Origin: Candidatus Kapaibacterium sp. | Lineage (GTDB): Bacteria; Bacteroidota; Ignavibacteria; Kapaibacteriales; UBA2268 | Length of the DNA: 64,000 bases | Assembly (NCBI GenBank): GCA_963665665.1 | Contig: OY762428.1 | Coordinates: 4,928,001 to 4,992,000 of the forward strand | Direction: 5' to 3' | Shown here: piece by piece, positions 58,870 to 64,000 of the stretch | Layout: every line of letters begins with the position of its first letter | Position numbering within the stretch: the first letter of the stretch is position 1 | Notes under the pieces: generated by a model | What the model saw: the letters and a program-made list of their open reading frames with translations, nothing else | Databases searched by the model: none | What the model was told of the DNA's origin: nothing | Position numbers and translations under genes: made by a program

Positions 58870-59970
58870 TTAACTTCTAATATAATGTTTTCCCGGCAAT
58901 TGTTTCACAGTTCCTTTGAATTCCATATTCAAAAGTGAAACTAAAAGGGCTGAAACATCTGTTTCGGTTTTTTCTGCCAGCACGTCAATATGGCAAGGTT
59001 CGAATGATAATGCTTCGAATATTTTCTTTTCAGCAGGATTCGAAAATTCCGGGATATTATTCAGATTTATTTGTTCTTCAGGAAGAAAACCAAGTTCCTG
59101 CAAAATATCCCCGGGGCTCAAAGCCGGGATTGCCAGGCTGTTCTTAATCAGGTTATTTGTGCCAATACTTTTTGAAGAAGTTATATTTCCGGGAACGGCA
59201 AAAACTTCTCTTTGCTGATCATTCGCGAAACGGGCAGTTATCAGAGCGCCTCCTTTTTCAGCACTTTCAATAACAACAGTAGCCCTGGAAATACCGCTGA
59301 TTATCCTGTTTCTTTGAGGAAAGTATGCAGGGCGGGCCTTAACGCCGCATTTGTACTCGCTGATAATTGCTCCGCCCGAATCTACAATTTTCTCGGCATT
59401 TTTCAATGCATAAGCCGGGCCAATCTCGTTCAGCCCGCTGGCAATAACGGCATAAGTGATACCTTCGGACCGAAGAGAAGCGAGATGGGCGGCTGTATCT
59501 ATTCCATAGGCAAGGCCGCTTGTTGTTATAATTTTGTTTCTGCTGAAATATTCCGCGAAACGCTCGGCAGTAAGTTTGCCGTAAGATGTACATTTGCGGG
59601 TGCCGACAACTGATATAGATGCCGAATCATGAGCTTGTAAATTTCCCCAAACGAAAATGATAACAGGGGGGTGGATTATTTCTTTCAGAAGGTCCGGGTA
59701 TGCTTCATCCCATATACTGACCATCTTGTAATCATTTGCCGCACAAATTTCTATTTGTTTTTCTGATTGTTCTCTCAGGAATTCCCGGTCGCTTTCAAAC
59801 AGGTTCTCCTGTTTAAGTTTGCTTTCAAATTCTTTTCCGGTTTGGGTTTTAAAGAAAGAATCCAAAGAAGAGTAAGTATCAACAATTTTTTTTAGTTTTC
59901 CGGCATTCAGGGCCGGCATTCCCGCAAGAACGAGAATGTCGCCCGTGCTCCAGTTTTGGGGTAGTTTCAT
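58870..59970 (-). CDS. dprA: DNA-processing protein DprA
   Basis: VVGTRK, SGLAYGID, FPQRNRIISG, GALITA, VFAVPG; winged-helix tail. Confidence 0.94.
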   Translation of the reverse strand: MKLPQNWSTGDILVLAGMPALNAGKLKKIVDTYSSLDSFFKTQTGKEFESKLKQENLFESDREFLREQSEKQIEICAANDYKMVSIWDEAYPDLLKEIIHPPVIIFVWGNLQAHDSASISVVGTRKCTSYGKLTAERFAEYFSRNKIITTSGLAYGIDTAAHLASLRSEGITYAVIASGLNEIGPAYALKNAEKIVDSGGAIISEYKCGVKARPAYFPQRNRIISGISRATVVIESAEKGGALITARFANDQQREVFAVPGNITSSKSIGTNNLIKNSLAIPALSPGDILQELGFLPEEQINLNNIPEFSNPAEKKIFEALSFEPCHIDVLAEKTETDVSALLVSLLNMEFKGTVKQLPGKHYIRS

Positions 59971-59986
59971 TTCAAACCAATTTAAT

Positions 59987-60376
59987 TTATTTCACAAACC
60001 TGATTGTCATCGGATAGCGGTATCTTACACCTTCATTTGCTTTTACTGCTGCAATTATTGTGAAAACAATATCCAAAATCCCAAGAATAATCAAAAATGC
60101 AATACCGATTAAAAGTAGCACCAATATTCCTGATACAATAAGGTAAATGGTCATACTTATCTGGAAGTTCAGCGCTTCTTTGCCGTGATGAATTGTCTCA
60201 GGGAATTCATCTTTTTTGATTTGCCAAATTAATAAGGGTCCGAAAATATTGCCAAGAGGAACAACAAGGCCTAATAACGTTGACAGGTGGCAGAACATAG
60301 ACCACATCCTGCTGTCTTTTTGCTTCATCTGATTAATAGCCTGTACATTTGGGTTTTCAGTATCCATAATTTTCAC
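59987..60376 (-). CDS. DUF4870 membrane protein
   Basis: CHLS, GPLLIW, HGKEALNFQI, YRYPMTIR. Confidence 0.85.
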   Translation of the reverse strand: MKIMDTENPNVQAINQMKQKDSRMWSMFCHLSTLLGLVVPLGNIFGPLLIWQIKKDEFPETIHHGKEALNFQISMTIYLIVSGILVLLLIGIAFLIILGILDIVFTIIAAVKANEGVRYRYPMTIRFVK

Positions 60377-61468
60377 TCACTTTTTGTTGATAATAGTTTC
60401 ATATTTAACGGGATATTTTTTCCTTAATTTGTCAAATTCCGTGGCCGGATTATCTTGTTGTAATGATTCTGTAAGCCTCTGGCTGTCGTCTTCAATTCCA
60501 CGGCTTTCTTTCAGCAATATATATAATTTATCTAAATTATCATAATCAGGTTTTTCATCTGATATATTACTGTCCAATTCATCCGTGAAAACACTAAGAT
60601 CGCTTTCAATCGAGAAATGATCAAATATTATTTCAGCCATCATCATAGCCCCGTTGAGCTTTCCGTTCCTTGAATAGCCGGCTACGTGCGGAGTGCTCAA
60701 AAGGCTTAACCCGGCAAGTTCTTTGTCAATGTGCGGTTCATTATCCCATACATCTATAACGGCGGTAATTTCCTTTAGTTTCAGCCTTGCTTTCAAAGCT
60801 TTCTCGTTCAATACTCCGCCCCGGGAGGCATGTATTAGCAATGTGTTGTTTCTAATGTTATTAACCCGTTCTTCATTTATCAGGCCTAAAGTTTTATATT
60901 TACCGGTTTTATTCATTGGTACGTGGTTGGTAATTATATCAGAGTTGGTTATTAATTCATCGATCTCCATGTAGCTGCAATTCTCCGGGAATTTATGCCC
61001 TGAATCTTTTAATGGAGGATCGTTAACAATAATTTTCAGCCCGAGTTTCCCGGCGTAATACACTACCCGTTTGCCAATATTTCCGACACCGATAATCCCG
61101 ATAGTCTTATTTCTTATATCAATATTATTTTCTACAGCCCATTTTGCGATTGAAAAAACAAGATATTCGGCAACCGAATTTGCATTTGCCCCGGGTGCTG
61201 AATGAAATTCAATATTATTTTTATTCAAATAATCAATATCTATGTGGTCAGTTCCTGCTGTTGCTGTACCAACAACTTTTATTTTTGTGCCATGTAGCAG
61301 ATCGCTGTTCACCTTTGTTGTTGAGCGTACAATTAATGCTTCTGCATTATTCCTGATCAGGTCATCATTTTTCAGCAGCCGGCCGGAAAATGCCATTATA
61401 TTGAAATATTTGCATAAGCATCTTTCCAGCAAAGGGATGTTTTCGTCAACAAAAACTGTATTTTTCAT
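60377..61468 (-). CDS. pdxB: Erythronate-4-phosphate dehydrogenase
   Basis: DENIP, LIVRSTTKVN, GTATAGTDH, APGANANSV, GVGNIG, DVWDNEP, TPHVAGYS. Confidence 0.9.
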   Translation of the reverse strand: MKNTVFVDENIPLLERCLCKYFNIMAFSGRLLKNDDLIRNNAEALIVRSTTKVNSDLLHGTKIKVVGTATAGTDHIDIDYLNKNNIEFHSAPGANANSVAEYLVFSIAKWAVENNIDIRNKTIGIIGVGNIGKRVVYYAGKLGLKIIVNDPPLKDSGHKFPENCSYMEIDELITNSDIITNHVPMNKTGKYKTLGLINEERVNNIRNNTLLIHASRGGVLNEKALKARLKLKEITAVIDVWDNEPHIDKELAGLSLLSTPHVAGYSRNGKLNGAMMMAEIIFDHFSIESDLSVFTDELDSNISDEKPDYDNLDKLYILLKESRGIEDDSQRLTESLQQDNPATEFDKLRKKYPVKYETIINKK

Positions 61469-61612
61469 TATTTAATTCAATTATTATACATTTTTACAAA
61501 AATAAGTTTTTTACTTTAATTTCTAATTAGTTATTTTCGTTTGTCTGTGGGAAACTGATTATCAGCTTAGGAATGAGACGAATATATTTTTTTGCAATGA
61601 ATTGAGATTGAA

Positions 61613-62470
61613 ATGACGCATTTATCAACTAAAAGAAAAGACGTGCCAAGCTATGCTTCGGATATTGATCCAAGGCAGGTTACCACGTTAAGGCTTAAGG
61701 ATATGAAACAGGCAGGACAGAAAATTGTTTGCCTTACTGCCTATGATGCCCTTGTTTCCAGGGTGTTGGACGAGTGTGGTGTTGACCTTCTACTGGTTGG
61801 CGATTCACTCGGGAATATTGTTCAGGGGCATGAAACTACTATCCCCGTATCTCTTGAAGAAATTATTTACCATACCAAAACTGTTGTTAACGGGGCCACA
61901 AGGCCAATAGTTGTTGCCGATATGCCTTTCATGAGCTACCAGGTTTCACCGGAGGAAGCCTTCAGGAATGCAGGCCGGATTATGAAAGAGGGCGGAGCTG
62001 CTGCCGTGAAAATCGAAGGCGGACACAAATATGTGCAGGACGCTATTGCCAGGATGACTGAAGTGGGAATTCCGGTAATGGCACATATCGGGCTGACCCC
62101 GCAGAGTATTCATTCCTTTGGAACATACAGGGCCAGGGGTAAATCCGATGAAGAAGCCGCACAGATATTCCGCGAGGCGCACGTGCTTGAAGAAGCCGGC
62201 GCTTTTGCAATAGTTCTGGAAAAAATTCCCGCCGAACTTGGAAAAAGAATCACTGAATCGCTAAGCATTCCGACAATTGGTATCGGTGCCGGACCTCACT
62301 GCGACGGACAGATACTTGTTTATACGGACATGCTGGGCCTGACAGTTGATTTCAGTCCGAGATTCGTCAGGCGTTTTGCCAACCTGAGGCAGGAAATGAA
62401 AGATGCAGTAAAGCGTTATAGCGATGAGGTACGTTCATCCGGTTTTCCAAGTAACGAGGAGTCCTACTAA
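61613..62470 (+). CDS. panB: 3-methyl-2-oxobutanoate hydroxymethyltransferase
   Basis: LTAYD, LVGDSLG, ADMPF, VKIEGG, HIGLTPQ, GIGAG..CDGQ. Confidence 0.97.
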   Translation: MTHLSTKRKDVPSYASDIDPRQVTTLRLKDMKQAGQKIVCLTAYDALVSRVLDECGVDLLLVGDSLGNIVQGHETTIPVSLEEIIYHTKTVVNGATRPIVVADMPFMSYQVSPEEAFRNAGRIMKEGGAAAVKIEGGHKYVQDAIARMTEVGIPVMAHIGLTPQSIHSFGTYRARGKSDEEAAQIFREAHVLEEAGAFAIVLEKIPAELGKRITESLSIPTIGIGAGPHCDGQILVYTDMLGLTVDFSPRFVRRFANLRQEMKDAVKRYSDEVRSSGFPSNEESY

Positions 62471-62862
62471 TGAAATACAGCCTGATCTTTATTTTTGGAT
62501 TATTATTATTGCTTTCCTGCAGTGATGATACCATCAGCAGCGCCGACGATATAGTTTTTCCCGAAGAAAATGTCAGCTGGCAGAATCATGTACAGCCATT
62601 CCTTAAATTTACATGTGCCTACCAGGGCTGCCATAGCAGCAATACACAGGCGGCGGGAATTGTTCTTGACGATTATTTCCAGATGAACAATTCCATGTCC
62701 GGTGCCCTGGTAATTCCCGGCAAACCCGACCAAAGCTACTTGATACAAATGCTGGACGGAAAATTCGAGCACCGTTATGGTTATATCTGGCGCCCCAAGG
62801 TAAACGATAATCACAAACAGGGAATGCGTACATGGGTGGAGGAAGGCGCACAGTTTAATTGA
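62470..62862 (+). CDS. Lipoprotein with cytochrome c (planctomycete-type)-like domain, CX4CH motif
   Basis: Lipobox LLSC; VQPFL..CAYQGCH; PGKPDQSYL; WVEEGA. Confidence 0.65.
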   Translation: MKYSLIFIFGLLLLLSCSDDTISSADDIVFPEENVSWQNHVQPFLKFTCAYQGCHSSNTQAAGIVLDDYFQMNNSMSGALVIPGKPDQSYLIQMLDGKFEHRYGYIWRPKVNDNHKQGMRTWVEEGAQFN

Positions 62863-63124
62863 TATCAATAAGTTATTGAATCAGAAATATTATTATATAT
62901 CTGTCATTCTGCGTACTTAATATCTCGTTTATCGGATCTAATAAATCACAATGTCACTTTAAATTTTCATCCGATGGCATCAAGTCATTGGATGATTTGC
63001 TTATTGCACAGCTGTTTGGAATTATAAACCAAATATTTGGGCTAAATTAATTGATGCTGAGTCCATTAATTGCACTGCCCTGATATATTACAGCCCTGTT
63101 TGTTCAAATAGAAGCGAAATATTG

Positions 63125-63378
63125 CCTTAGTGCCTGCTTGGTTTGCCTCATTATACTCTTATCTGGCCTCATTATACTCTTATCTGGCCTCATTATACTC
63201 TTATCTGGCCTCATTACTTGCTTGGTTGGCTACATTATCCACTTTTCCTGCCTCATTTTACTCTTAGCTGGTCTCATTGCCTGCTTGTCCTGCCTCATTT
63301 TACTCTTAGCTGGTCTCATTGCATTCTTGTTCCGCCTTGTTAAAGTCTTGTTATACTTCGTTATCTTCTTGTTTGACA
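63125..63378. repeat. 21-nt tandem/degenerate repeat array (cctcattatactcttatctgg x3, then variants)
   Basis: Counted directly; some units share a CTCAT...CTTG..TGRC core with the reverse complement of the 14489-14740 unit. Confidence 0.85.
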
Positions 63379-63399
63379 TTAAAATCCAAAAGGTACAAA

Positions 63400-63900
63400 T
63401 TAGAAACGCCTATTGATACAATTAATAATCAAATATTGAATCCAAAATATGAAATATTATACTAATTGTACTAAATATATAGTATTTATAATAATATATT
63501 TAATATATCTAAGCCTTGATATAGTTCATCTAACTAAATTATTTATGTAAATAACTAAATAAATAATATAAATAATGAAATAAACGATATAATCAATTAA
63601 TTTAATTATATAAACTATTAAATATCAATTTTAACCAATTAATTAAACAGTATATCTAATTTGTTAGGACAATTAAATATAGTCTTAGATGAATTATTAA
63701 TTTTATAAAAGCAGAATGATAAATTATTAGATATATTGATTAATATCTTAGATTAATTAGAAATTTGATTAGATGTATTATTAATATTGTAAATCAATAT
63801 GATTATTTACTAATTTGATAAATATATTTATTACAGTCATTTAGATATTTATTAGTTTTAATCATATATTTTATAATTAAAATAATTTAAATAATATAAT
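63400..63900. other. Extremely AT-rich region related to 16130-16910 (inverted)
   Basis: cttgatatagttcatctaactaaatt (63515-63540) and ttatactaattgta (63457-63470) match reverse complements at 16504-16529 and 16443-16456. Confidence 0.55.
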
Positions 63901-64000
63901 CAGTTGGATATTCCGGATTTCAACGCTAAAGATGCAATTATTACCACAAACCAAAGTAGAAATAGTTTGAAACTTTGGTGATTTGCTTTGGACCCCTCCC

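Noticed and set aside
861-62868. Numerous antisense or alternate-frame ORFs nested in long genes (e.g. 2825-3355, 6109-6549, 21851-22471, 49289-49786)
   Set aside because: Shadow ORFs of well-supported genes with no independent motifs

Overview
AT-rich bacterial chromosome segment. Many proteins carry T9SS-type C-terminal sorting domains, which suggests a Bacteroidota-related lineage such as Kapabacteria or Ignavibacteria (inference). Housekeeping blocks sit at ~0.2-13.7 kb (msrC-like GAF protein, GlcNAc kinase-like, rhomboid, ispG, trxA, Trk/Ktr K+ uptake) and ~51.7-62.9 kb (guaA, polyprenyl synthase, dprA, pdxB, panB). The accessory content has six parts. (1) A helical+FN3-like gene flanked by 21-nt-periodic repeat fields and dense palindromic REP-like clusters; a related repeat/AT-rich locus recurs at ~63 kb. 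(2) A cobalamin-riboswitch-controlled B12 uptake operon. (3) An orphan CxxG-repeat RiPP-like precursor. (4) Two duplicated cheD + giant PAS-sensor modules whose Gln-rich coiled coils match CheD/chemoreceptor modification motifs, with no chemotaxis genes in the window. This is the best candidate for an undescribed system. (5) An integrase-free array of cargo segments downstream of guaA, separated by three decayed copies of the guaA 3' end and including an IS3-disrupted Omp28-like gene. (6) A Menshen-like three-gene defence operon upstream of guaA. All calls come from reading the sequence; no database searches were run.
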